From the human T2T-CHM13v2.0 reference genome, Homo sapiens: a stretch of 64,000 bases of DNA. Each line of letters opens with the position of its first letter. Position 1 is the first letter of the stretch. Made by a program: the position numbers and the translations under genes. Below the pieces are notes generated by a model. That model saw only the letters and a program-made list of their open reading frames with translations, searched no databases and was not told the origin of the DNA. The stretch lies in NCBI RefSeq assembly GCF_009914755.1, contig NC_060926.1. The stretch is one strand, 5' to 3'. Shown here one piece after another: positions 1-12,470 of this stretch.

Positions 1-521
1 CTTTTAATCATCTGTTTGTTCCCAAAGCTCACTATGAGCAGCCAAATGAACCACACAGCCTCTTTACTGCATAAAATTTTTTTCTGGCAGATATTCTAGC
101 TTATCATTCTCAAGTTTGACCTTCCACCAAACCCTAGGGTATGAATACAATGCGGCCAAGTTATTTGCTACTTTATAACAAGGATGACCTTTATTCCAGA
201 CTCCAGTATGTTGTTCTTCTTTTCCATTTGAGGCCTCATCAGAATGTTTTTACTGTCCACCTTTCTATCAGCATTCTGGTCGTGATTATTTAAGTAATCT
301 CTGAGAAGTTCCAGACTTTCCCTACTTTGCTTGTCTTCTAAGCCATCACCAGAATCAGCCTTAATGTGCCATTTACAGCTTTCTAGGCCTTTTCTAGCTT
401 TCTCCTTCAAATTCTTCTAGCCTCTGCCCATTATCCAATCCCAAAGATGTGTTCACATTTTCAGGTATTCTTTATTAGCTATACCCCTACTCCTATACCC
501 CCACTCCTGGTACCAATTTCC
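1..521 (-). mobile_element. MST/MLT1A-type MaLR internal sequence (5' part, runs off window edge)
   Basis: Ends in ccccactcctggtaccaatttc, the reverse complement of the GAAATTGGTACCAGGAGTGGGG start of MaLR internal regions, directly abutting an LTR. Confidence 0.75.
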
Positions 522-953
522 TGTCATATGCTGTTTTCTATTAGTATAACCAAATACCAGAAATGGATAATTTATAAAGAAAAGAAATATATTTCTTACA
601 ATTCTGGAGACTGAAAAGTTTAGGGCCAAAGGACCACATCTGGTGTTAGCCTACTTGCTGGTGAAGACACTTAGTAGAGTTAGTTCCAAGCTGGAACAGG
701 GCATCTAATGGCAAGGAGGCTGACTAAAAGCAAAATTGGCTTTTATGACAGACCCACTCTTGTGATAACTAACCTAATCCCATAATACCCATCAATCCAT
801 TAATCTAATAATCCATGAATAGATTAATCCATTCATGTGGGCAGGGACCTTATGACCCAATCAACACTTAAAGGCCACACATATTAATACCATTACATTA
901 GAGATTAAGTCTCAATATGAGTTTAAGAGGGGACAGATTTTCAAACCATAGCA
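522..953 (-). mobile_element. MST-family (MSTC/D-like) MaLR 5' LTR
   Basis: tgtc...taatttataaagaaaagaaat...ttctggagactg...tcaaaccatagca; the reverse strand begins TGCTATGGTTTGAA. Confidence 0.8.
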
Positions 954-984
954 AATACTTTTGGAAAAAGTCAAGTAATATCAC

Positions 985-1740
985 TATATATATATAACGT
1001 GTGGTGTCACAGAGTCTTTATTCCTGAGGAATTGACCCTTCCTTCAGTCAATCGGCTCTGGTTCTAAAAACTTGCTCAATTCTTGATGCTGGTTAAGAGG
1101 TTATAAATTTTTATTGGAGAAGCTGATTATCTATCCTCGATTTCTCTTGATTGAGTAAAACTATATTGATAGCTATAGATTCGGCAGTACTTTTTCTGGC
1201 TGACCATAGACCATAGTTGTAGACTGAGCAAGACTCTTTTTGGTTAACCATTTACATTGACCATAGGGATGCCATGTTTTGTTGATCATTTCCATAGCTT
1301 TTACCTGTCAAGAACATCTGCCTAAGAGGCCAACTTTGTTGCTCTTTATGATAATGCAGTGCTTTACATTTGATGGCTAACTGCCTCTACTTGACCTCTG
1401 TTTGGAGGTCCTATTATTTTCATTGTTATCTGTAATACCATATTTTCTATCACTTTAGTAAATGGGGTATCCTCTCGGTGATTCTAAGGAACATAGCTGT
1501 TGAATTTTGGGGGCTTACATGCTTTATCTGCTTTAGTAGCACTTCTCTGATCCTTGTATCTTCTTTCACTGTCTATTACAAATGTTCTTTGATTGTATAT
1601 TTTCCTGGAAAAGGCCATCACTTTCTTGAAGCTTCTAAAAACTATCTCATTGGCATGGTGAAATTGTCTAAGTAACAAAATATATGGACCACAGAAGAGC
1701 AATCCCATATCAATAAATTCTTCCTTCTAAAACCTACAAT
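985..1740 (-). mobile_element. MLT1-int/ERVL gag-derived remnant, 3' part
   Basis: Minus strand gives ELSKFLEPEPID*RKGQF and KHGIPMVNVNG, resembling recalled ERVL gag motifs DLSQFTDPEPLE*RGG and DHGVPR..IDG; contains gaatttattgatatggg. Confidence 0.6.
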
Positions 1741-4646
1741 TTCTTTCTTTTTTATAATTTTTAATTGATACATAATAATTGTACTTATGCAGTAGAGGAT
1801 ATTTCGATAAATGTATACAATGGGTAATAATCAAATCAGGTAATTAGCATATGTGTCATCTAAAAAAATTTGTCATTTCTTTGTGTTGGGAACATTCAAA
1901 ATTCCTCTAGCTTTTGAAAATATATGATATATTATTAATTATAGTTATACTACAGTGTCATAGAACACTAGAACTTACTCCTGTCTAGCTGTAATTTTGT
2001 ATTCATTAACTACTACCAGTCCCAGTCTCTAGTAACCACTACTCTGTTCTCTAATTCTATGAGATCAATTTTTTAAACATCCACATATAAGTGAAAACAT
2101 GTGGTATTTATCTTTCTGTGCCTGTCTGAATTCATTTAATATAATGTCCTCCTGGCTTATCCATGTAGCCCAAATGACAAGATTTCATTCTTTTTTGTGG
2201 ATTAATTTTATTCCATTGTGTATATATACTGTACTTTATTCATTCATCTTCTGATAGACACTTAGTTTGATTTCATATCTTGGCTATTGTGAATAATGCT
2301 GCAATGAACATGGGAGTGCAGATATCTATTTGATTTCTATTCCTTTGGATACATACCTAGCAGTAAGATTGCTGGATCATATGGTAGTTGTGTTTTTAGT
2401 TTTTTTTGAGCAACCTCCATACAGTTTTCCATAGTGACTGTACTAATTGACATTTGCACTAGCAGTGTATAACAGTTCCCTTTTCTCTGCATTTGTTGTG
2501 TTTTGTCCTTTTGATAATTACCATTCTAACTGGAGTGAGATGATATCTCATTGTGTTGGTTTTGATTTGTATTTCCGTGATGTTAAGCATTTTAAAATAT
2601 ACTATTTGGCCATTTGTATGATTCTTTTGAGGAATGTCTATGCAGATCAATTGGCCAATTGTTATTTGGATTGTTGATTCATTCTGTTGATTGTTTCCTT
2701 TGCTGTGTGGAAGCTTTTTACTTAGATATAATCCCATGTATCCATTTTCACTTTTGTTGCCTGTGCTTTCAGTAACTTATTTATAAAAATATTTGCCCAG
2801 ACCAATGTTATTGAGTTTTTCTTCTAAGTTTTCTGCTAATACTTTCACAGTTTCTCATCTTATATTTAATTTTCTTTAACCTATTTTGTGTTTACGGTTA
2901 TTTGTGGTGAGAGATAATGGTCTAATTTCATTCTTCCAAATATAGACATTCAGCTTTCCCGGCACCATTTATTGAAGAAACTGTCATTTCCCCAATAAAA
3001 TGTTCTTGATAGCTTTGTTAAAATCACTTAGCTGAATATATGTAGATTTATATATGGTTTTCTATCTGAACTTAGAGTGGAACAGAATTAATATTCTGTT
3101 CTATTGACCAATGTGTCTGCTTTTATACCAGTACCATGCTATTTTGATTACTATAGATTTGGTATATTTTGAAGTCAGGCAGTTGATTTCTCTTTGTTCT
3201 TTTTGCTCAGCATCACTTTGACTATTTGAGATCTTCTGGAGTTCTACACAAATTTAATTTTTTCTCTATTTTTGTGAATAATGGCATTGGTGTTTTGATA
3301 GGAATTGCATTGAATCTGTAGATTGCTTTAAGTTTTATAGCCATTTTAGCAATATTACTTCTTCCATTCCATGGACATAAGATGTGTTTCCGTTTTTTTA
3401 GCGTCCTCTTCAATTATTTTAATCAGTATTTTTTAGTTTTTATTGTACAGGTGTTTTGAACTCCTTGATTAAATTTATGCCTTGATATTTTAATTTTTCT
3501 AGCTTTTATAAATGGTGATGGCTTTCTTAATTTTTTCTTCAGATAGTTCATTATTGGTATATTGAAAAAACTACTAATTTTTGCATATTGATTTTGTATC
3601 CTGCAATTTTAGTGAATTTATCCATCAGTTTTAAGATTTTTTGTGTGTGTGAAGTCTTTAGGTTTTTTCCTGTATAAGATCACATTATCTCAAACAGAAA
3701 CATTTTTGCTTCCTATTTTCCAATTTAGGAAAATTTCTAAATTGGAATTTCACTGGCTAGTACTTTCTGTATTATATTCAATAAGAGTGATGAAAGTGGA
3801 CATCTATGTCTTGTTCCAGTTTTTACAGGCAAAGATTTCAATTTTTCCCCATCCATATGATATTAGTTATAGGTTTTCTGCATATGGCCTTTACTATTTT
3901 TAGGTATGTTCCTTTTATGCCTAATTTGTGAGAGTTTTTACCATGAAGGGATATTGAATTTTATCAAATACTTTTTCTGTGTTTATTGAGATGGTGATAT
4001 AACTTTTGTCCTTCATTCTGTTGATGCAATGTATCATATTTATTGATTTGTGTATATTTGACCACCCTTGCATTCCGGCATGAATCCTACTTGATCATGG
4101 TGTCTAATCATTTTCATGTGCTGATTAGATTTGTTTTTCTAATATTTTTGTTGTTGTTTTTTTCTAGTATGTTTTTTTAAATTATTTTTTTCCTGGAATC
4201 CTTTCTTGAAGTTTCCTAGTATTTTGTTGAGGATTTTTGTATCTATATTCATCAGGGATATTGCCCTGTAGTTTTTTATTCTTTTGTGTCCTTGTCTAAT
4301 ATCAACATTAAAGTAATACTGGCCTTATAAAAATAAGTTTGGACAAATTTCCTCCCCTTCAATTTTTTGTAATATTTTGAAAGGAATTAGTGTTAGTTCT
4401 TCTCTAAATGTCTGGTGGCATTTGTTCAGAAATTTATCTATTTTATCTAGGTTTCCCAATTTGTTGGCATACAGTTGTTTATGATAGTGTCTACCTATCT
4501 TTTGTATATCTGCACTATCAATTATAATTTCTCTTTTTTCATCTCTGATTTTATTTATTTGGATCTTCCTTTGTTCTTGGTCTAGCTAATGATTTGCTGA
4601 TTTAAAAAAATCTTTTTAGTGAATTAATTTTTCATTTTGTTGATCC

Positions 4647-4651
4647 TGTGT

Positions 4652-4685
<34 letters not shown>
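4647..4685. repeat. (TG)n microsatellite
   Basis: About 19 TG units with one interruption. Confidence 0.95.
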
Positions 4686-4688
<3 letters not shown>

Positions 4689-5357
4689 AAGTCACTATTT
4701 TGTTTATTTCTGTTTTGATCTTTTATTATTATTATTATTTCTACTACTTTGAGGTTTGGTTTGCTCTTGCTTTTCTGGTTCCTTGAGGTATAACATTAGG
4801 TTGTTTATTTGAAATCTTTTTACTTTTTTGATGTAGGCATTGTCTGCTTTAAACTTCCCCCTTAGTACTTCATTTGCCATATCTTATGGGTTTTGATATG
4901 TTGAGGTTTCTATTTTCATTTGTTTTAAGACATTTTGAAATTTCTTTCCTAATTTTTTACTGATGCATTGAGTCACTCAGGAACATGTTGTTTAATTTCG
5001 ATGTATTGTACTTTTTCCAAAGTCCTTATTTTATTCAATTGTGATCACAAAAAATACTTGTTATGATTTCAGTTTTTAAAAATGTGTTGAGAATTGTTTG
5101 CTCACCTAACATATTATCTATCCTGGAGAATGTTTCATGTGCGAATGAGAAGAGTGCATATTATGCAGCTATTGATTAAAATGTTCTGCAAATGTCTTTT
5201 AGGTCCATATGGTCTATATTAGAGTATAAATCCAATTTTATTTTGTTAATTTTCTGTCTAGATATTCTGTCCAATGCTAAGAGTGGGGTGTTAAAGTGTT
5301 AAAAACCTCACCTCTTATTGTATTGGGGCCTACCTCTCCTTTTAGATCTAATAATAA

Positions 5358-5638
<281 letters not shown>

Positions 5639-5944
5639 TCTTTTTTCTTTTTTCTTAGAGACAGGGCATCACTCTATCAAACTGGCTGGGGTGCAGTGGC
5701 ATGATCATAGCTTACAGTAACCTCAAACTCCTAGGCTCAAGTGATCCTCCTGCCTCAGCCTCCCAAGTAACTAGGACTATAGGCATGTACCACCACACCC
5801 AGCTATTTTTTTATTTTTACTTTTTTATAGAGGCAAGGCTCACTATGTTGTCCAGGCTGGTATTAAACGCCTATGCTCAAGTAATCCTGCCTCAACCTCC
5901 AGAAATGCTGAGATTACAGGTATGAGCCAAGATCTTGCCTGGCC
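5639..5944 (-). mobile_element. AluJ
   Basis: gctcaagtgatcctcc J-type motifs; 13-bp TSD agatctaataata at 5344-5356 and 5946-5958. Confidence 0.9.
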
Positions 5945-7380
5945 AAGATCTAATAATATTGTCTTTATATATTTGGGTGCTCCAGTGTTGGGTGCATATA
6001 TATTTACAATGATTATATCCTCTTGCTGAATTGATTCATTTTTCATTACATAATGACCTTATTTGTCTCTTTGTGTAGTTTTGACTTGAAGTCTATTTTA
6101 TTTGATATTAAGTATGGCTACTTCTGCTTGCTTTTGGTTTCTGTTTGCTTGGACTGTCCTTTTTCAACCCATCACTTTCAATCTATGTGTGTCTCTGAAG
6201 GTGAAAGGAGTTTCTTGTAGGCAACCTATAGTTGGGTCTTATTTCTTTTTTAAAAAACTCATTCACCCAGTCTATATCTTTTAATTGAGAAGTTTAATCT
6301 ATTTATAGTCAAAGTTATTAATGATAGGTGAGGGCTCACTCCTATCATTTTGTTAATTGTTTTTTGGTTGTTTTGTACATCCTTTTATTTTTTTCTTACT
6401 CTATTGTTTATTTTCACAATTTGTTTTTTGTTGTTCTGGTAAAGTTTGCTTCCTTTCCCTTTCTCATTTGTGTATCTGTTCTATCAATGAATTTCATACT
6501 TTCATGTATTTGCATAATGGTAGTTATTGTCCTTTTGCTTCCAAATGTAGGACTTCTTGAAGCATGTCTTGTAAGATTGGTCTAGTGGTGATAAACTCCT
6601 TCAGTTTTTGCTTGCCTGGGACTTAATTTCTCCTTCATTTCTGAAGCTTTGGTGGGCATAATAATCTTGGCTATTTGTGTTTTCTTTCAGCACTTTGAAT
6701 ATATAATGTCATTCTTTTCTAGTCTAGTAAGGTTTCTGCTGAGAAATCTGTCAGTCTAATGGAGATTACTTAGTATGGGACTTGACTCTTTTCTATTACT
6801 ACTTTTTTATTTCTCCTTTTATCTTTGACGTTTCACAGTTTGACTATAATATGCCTGTGAGATGAGTTGTTCAGGTTGAATCTATTTGGAAACCCTACTA
6901 AACTGGATGTTCATATTTCTACTAAGACTTAGGAAGTTTTCAGTTATTCTTTTATTAAATAGGCTTTCTATGCCCTTTCCTACATATTCATCTTCTGGAA
7001 TTCCGTAATGTAAATATATTTTTGCTTAATGATGTCCCATATGTCCCATAGGCTTTATTCATTTTTTTTTCACGTTCTTTGTTTGTCTTACTAGGTTATT
7101 TCAAAAGACCTGTCTTCATGTTCAGAAATTCTTTCTTATATTTGATTTTGTCCATTGTTGAAACTCTATTGTATTTTATATTGCATTTCTTGAATTATTT
7201 ATTTAAGATTTCTTTTAGGCTCTTTTTTATTATATCTTTCTTGTTAACTTTCTTATTCAGATCAGAATGGCTTTCCTAATTTTGGGAATTGTATATCTGT
7301 AGTCTTTTGTACCTCACTGAGTTTCTTTAAGATCATTATTTCAAATTTCTTTTCAGCTATTTCACAGATTTTTTTTCTTT

Positions 7381-7401
7381 TTCTTTTTCTTTCTTTCTTC
7401 T

Positions 7402-7435
<34 letters not shown>

Positions 7436-7762
7436 AGACAGGGTGTCACTTTGTTACCCAGGGTGGAGTGCAGTGGTGCAGTCTCGGCTCACTGCAGCCT
7501 TGACCTCCTGGGCAAAAGTGACTGGCCTACCTTAGCCCCCCAAGTAGCTGTGACTACAGGCACATATTACCATGATTGGCTATTTTTTTTTAAATTTATT
7601 TTTAGTAGAGACATGGTTTTGCCATGTTGGCCAGGCTGGTCCTGAACTCCTCTCCAACAGGAGTTTGGGACCTCCTCAAGGAGGAGTTCACTCCTCAAGT
7701 GAACCTCCTGCTTCAGCCTCCCAAAGTGTTAGGATTACAGGCATGAGCCACCATGCCTGGCC
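7381..7762 (-). mobile_element. AluJb with ~40-bp internal insertion
   Basis: Full Alu dimer, long T tail, 15-bp TSD agattt(t/c)ttttcttt at 7366-7380 and 7763-7777. Confidence 0.9.
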
Positions 7763-9508
7763 AGATTTCTTTTCTTTAGTATCTATTACTGGATAGTTAT
7801 TGTGTTCTTTTGTAGGTGTCATGTTTTTGTGTTTTTTTTTAATGTTTCTTGTGTCTTTATATTGATATCTGCACATGTGATTGAACAGTCACTTCTAATT
7901 TTATGGAGTAGCTTTCATAGGGAAATACTGTTTCTGTAGATGTGTCCTATAGTGTTTGTTGGGAGGGTACGTTGGCTTTGGTCCTGGGTGGATGCAATGG
8001 TGTAGTGTTTGTGTTATATCTTTGGTTATTATCAATGTTAGCAGTGTCTGTGAGTGTTTCAGTGGTTTAGATTATTTTCAGTGTTTCTGTAAGCAGTTGT
8101 GTGGCTTTGCAGGGGGCAGGATTGTCTGTGGCAGTGAACACCATATGGGCTGTTCCTTGAGCCCTGGGAAGCACATGCATGGCACGTGACATCTCTGCCT
8201 GTGGAGGGGACATCATCAGTGGCAGTAGTAGCTGCTATGTGGCTGACTCCCAGGCCTGCGGAGTGTTCTCATTGGCTCGCTTAGTCCTGATGTGGCCCGC
8301 TAATCTGCTGAACTGCCTGTTTTTAAGGAAATAGGAAATGCCATGGACCTGGGTAAGGTCTATGGCTGTACCACTAGGTGCTTGTAGAGTCACTCTGTTG
8401 CAGCTTTAGTGTGGGCATAGCAGAGTGGCAGTAGAGCCCCAGGAATGTGGTGACACAAGAATTATTGGGTCTCAGGGCATGCTGTATTCCAGCAATGACT
8501 CAATTCTCAAAATGGTACCATGCCGCAGCAGTTTGAATACTGAGAAATTGGGAGGACCCAACATGAATTCCCTTTCTAGAGCAGTGTGGGAACATGGATT
8601 GCAGAAAACTCCCTATACAAGGCTCAGAGCCTATGAGAACATGGGAAGTCCCTCCTGACTCCAGGCTAATCCCAGCTGGGTACTTCACTTCCCTCTCTAT
8701 GTTGCCTGAGTATTGATTCTTCAGAGAGTTTTTCTTTTTTTTTGTTGTTGAATTCTGGTGTTTTTCTTTAGACACTACGCAAAGTGCAGTTATGTATTTG
8801 TTGTTATAATCTTTCCTTATGGAGGAAAGGAGTGTTGGGTACCTTTATTCAGCTGTCTTGACATTTTTTTCTCTTGATACTCAAATGTACCATTTATTTC
8901 TCTTGACCCTCAAATGTTCTTCTAGTTCCTGTAAATCTATAGCTTCTGCAGCACTTTGGGTATATAAGGCGGACCATTAGCATGCTCAGTACTTACTTTT
9001 CCAGGTTATATTGTGACTTTACTCTAGTTATTGGTTTATTGGCCCAGAAAATAGGTGGGTGCAGATCCCAAAGGGGATGCATATTTAAGACTCATTAATC
9101 CTCTAAAAGCAGGTGAGAATTGCAAACCATTAAGCCTCTTATGTGGGCTTAGAGGATTCAAAATGATCTGTGTATTCAGTTGTTTGACTAAATTGATCCA
9201 CATGCCCCATTCTATGTCTCAGATTCTCATTTCTTCTTAATAAAAGCCTAGAATTTGGTATAATAGACTTTCAGTTTGTAAATCCAATCTGTTCAGGAAC
9301 AAGCCTCCTCTCTAAGTTCTGACCCTTATCTTCACCTTTTTTTTCTGTCTGTCAAGGCACTCTGTGTTTCATAGTTTGCATTAAGTTGATGAACAATTAC
9401 TCTTAGCAGACAATTTTTTTTCCAATTAATATATCCACATGCCCAAGCAACAGCTATTCAGTTGCATAGTTCTTATATCTAATTTCTCCAAACTCTTAAA
9501 TATCTAGG

Positions 9509-9872
9509 TACATTAGCCAATTTTCATACTGCTATGAACAAATATCTGAGACTGGGTAATTTATAAGGAAAAAAGAAGCTTAATGAACTCACAGTTCCAC
9601 ATGGCTAGGTAGGCCTCACAATCATGGTGGAAGGTGAAGGAGGAGCAAAAGCATGTCTTACATGGTGGCAGACAAGAGAGCATGTGAAGGGGAAATGCCC
9701 TTTATAAAACCATCAGATCTCATGAGATTTATTCACTATCAAGAGAATAGCATGAGAAAACCCACCCCCACGATGCAATTACCTCCCACTGGGTCCCTCC
9801 CATAACACATGGGTATTATGAGAACTACAATTCAAGATGATATTTTGGTGGGGACACAGCCAAACCGTATCA
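9509..9872 (-). mobile_element. THE1C/D solo LTR
   Basis: Typical THE1 text (gagactgggtaatttata...aaaaccatcagatctc...gacacagccaaaccgtatca); 5-bp TSD ctagg/ccagg. Confidence 0.93.
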
Positions 9873-9894
9873 CCAGGTTATTTCATTTGCCAGC

Positions 9895-10309
9895 TGTTTT
9901 AGTCTGTTTGTGTGGCTATACAGGAAATACCTGAGGCTAGGTAATTTATCAAGAAAAGATGTTTAATTGGCTCATGGTTCTGCAGACTGAACAAGAAGCA
10001 TGGTACCAGCATTTGCTTCTGGCAAGGGCATCAGGAAGCTTTCACTCGTGACAGAAAGGGAAGGGGAACAGGCATCACATGGTAAGAGAAGAGGAAATCA
10101 AGAGGAGGGAGGTGTCAGGCTCTTTTTAACAATCATATCTCATGAGAAATAATACAGTAAGAAGTCATTCATTACTGCAAGGATGGCACCAAGCCCTTTG
10201 CTAGTGATTACCCCCATGACTCAAACTCTTCCCACCAGACCCCACCTCCAACATTGGAGATCACATTTCAACATGAGATTTGGGGGGAACAAAAATTCAA
10301 ACTGTATCT
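9895..10309 (-). mobile_element. MSTB-like solo LTR
   Basis: tgttttagtctg...ggctcatggttctgcag...tttcaacatgagatttgg; 5-bp TSD ccagc/ccagt. Confidence 0.9.
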
Positions 10310-10664
10310 CCAGTGTATTCCTTTCCACAGGTATCCAATTACATTTCACTACTTTTATCAATTGCACTGCTACTGCATTAGCAACCAGTTCTACTGCATT
10401 AGAATGCAGTTCTACTGGGTTATTAGTCCTATTAGTTATTAGTTAGTTATAGACTATTGTTCTATTAGTTTAGTTATAGACTAACCAATACCCTATTGGT
10501 TATTAGTTTTATTAATTCTGCTGCACTGGGTTCTACTGCATTAGAACCCAGACAGGTTCTATCAGTATTCTACACATCTGCAGTGATTAATCCTGATTGT
10601 CAACCTGTCAAAAGTGATCTTGCTCAAAAATCTCATTTTAGAGTTTGCCGTGTAGGACCACTCT

Positions 10665-11067
10665 CTGTTTTAATTTCCATAGGTCAAATCCCTGTGGAAA
10701 TAGACTTTGTATTGGAAATTTGCAGCAACAAAAACTGTTAAGTAATAGGAAAGCAGGATTAGGCACTGGGTTTTTATTGCAACCGAGACCTCAAATGATT
10801 CTATAGGGAACTCTATAGCTGGAATATACTTACAGAAATGTTTATAATTAGGGGAATTTATGCTTCCTATTTAGACTAGTCATTGCATGTAGCCTGCCCT
10901 GAAGATGAAGTGTATTCTTAGGTGAGGCAGCTCCTTTTGGCAGAAGGAAATTCCTAGAGGGGAATTCAGCTATGTTCCATCAGGGGAAAATACTACAAGT
11001 GTTTGGTAGAAGGAATGCTTCAAGCTTATGGAGTATCTGAGAGGCAGAAACATAACATCCAGCATCA
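10665..11067 (-). mobile_element. MLT1F/G-like LTR (probable 5' LTR of the internal remnant)
   Basis: taggtcaaatccctgtggaaatagactttgtattggaaatttgca start and acatccagcatca end resemble the MLT1F-H reverse consensus. Confidence 0.55.
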
Positions 11068-11185
11068 ACCTCAAACACTGTATGGTAGTATGCCTCTCTA
11101 TGTTTTATATGTATAATAAAATTATCTCACACGCAATACATTTAAATTATATCCTATTATAGTTAATGTTTCTTCTGTGCAATTA

Positions 11186-11772
11186 TGATAGACAATATTT
11201 TCAGATGGCCCCCAAGATTCTTATCCCCTGGTGTATATACCCTATATAATCCCTTTTTCTTGATGTGAGCCAGACCAGTGAATATAATGTGATATCACTT
11301 CCATAGTTAGGTTACTAATCAATTGAGTTCATAAAAAGGAAGATTATCTTGGGTGGACCTGGCATAACCAAGTGAAACCAATAAAAGAAAGTGGACTGAC
11401 AGAGAGACACTCTCCCACTGACCTCTAAGAAACAGTAAATTCCCGTGTTTTTAGAGGGTCTGTAAATGGAAGTCCTCTAGATGCTAAGAGAGACCTCTGG
11501 CTGACAGCAAGAAAATGGGGATGCCAGTCATACAATCACAAGGTAATAAATTCTGCCAATGACCTGAATGAACTTGAAAAAGGACGCTGAGTCTCAGATA
11601 AGATAGTAGTTCCAGCCAAAAGCTCAATTTCAGCCTCTATGATGCTAAGCAGTGAATCCAGCTAAGCCATGCATAGACTTCTAACCTACAGAAACTGTGA
11701 CATAATAAATGGATGTTATTTTAAGCCACTAAATTTATGGTACTTTGTTATGCAGCAATTGATCACTAATCA
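11186..11772 (+). mobile_element. MLT1E-like LTR
   Basis: agatggcccccaagatt...aattctgccaatgacctgaatga...ctacagaaactgtga..aataaatggatgttattttaagccactaaattt. Confidence 0.85.
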
Positions 11773-12319
11773 CCAACATTTAAGACACTCTACAACTGAA
11801 CCTCAACTTAGCCATCTTGTAATATTTCTCAAGATTAGGAAAAACGAAAACATTATTTCAGTATTTTCCAGCTTCTCTCAGTTCCCTCCAAACACATGGT
11901 TCTCATTCCTGCCTCTGTATTTGTTCCCAGAATGTGGCCTTTATGTGGAATCCTCTCTTTATCCACTCCATTTATCTAAATCTTACAAATTCTTCAAGAT
12001 CCAAGAGCCACATCTTCTAAACTGCATTTTATTTATATTTTCTCTTATCTCTTATGGCACATAAAGACTCATTAATTACATGGCAGATTTATCCAAGTAG
12101 AACCCAGTCTGCCTTTCAGGCCGACATCATGAAATGTTACAAAATGCTCTTTTTCTGACCAACTTCACAAAATGTGACAAATACTTAGAAAGAGGGGTAT
12201 TCAATGCCCTGCTTTTTCCTGCTTCCTTGTCAACCCAAGCTTAAGTTGTGTGCATTAAGGACAGGGTGGCAAATGAAATAGATGGATATGTCCTATAGAA
12301 TGGGATCCTAATGAACAAG

Positions 12320-12470
12320 TGGATTTAGGGGGCAGGAGGGACTTTATAGATCATTTATTCCAACCACTCCATTATGCAGACAATAAAAATGAAGCTCAAA
12401 TAGTTTAGGGGCCCAATGTTTTACAGTTAAGTTAGAATAAAAAATGAATATCTCCTAATTCCCAATCTAA
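12320..12470 (-). mobile_element. MIR fragment
   Basis: ccattatgcagacaataaaaatgaagctca, a degenerate MIR core. Confidence 0.5.

Larger units (their letters stand above)
8870..10664 (-). mobile_element. MLT1-int/ERVL gag-derived remnant, 5' part (interrupted by THE1 and MST LTRs)
   Basis: Minus strand aagaagaaatgagaatctgagacatagaatggggcatgtgg resembles ERVL gaatgggaccctg..ttggaatggggacgtgtgg; appears colinear with 985-1740. Confidence 0.55.

Noticed and set aside
11669-12064. 131-aa ORF
   Set aside because: Spans an MLT1 LTR end and L2-like sequence; composition typical of chance AT-rich ORFs
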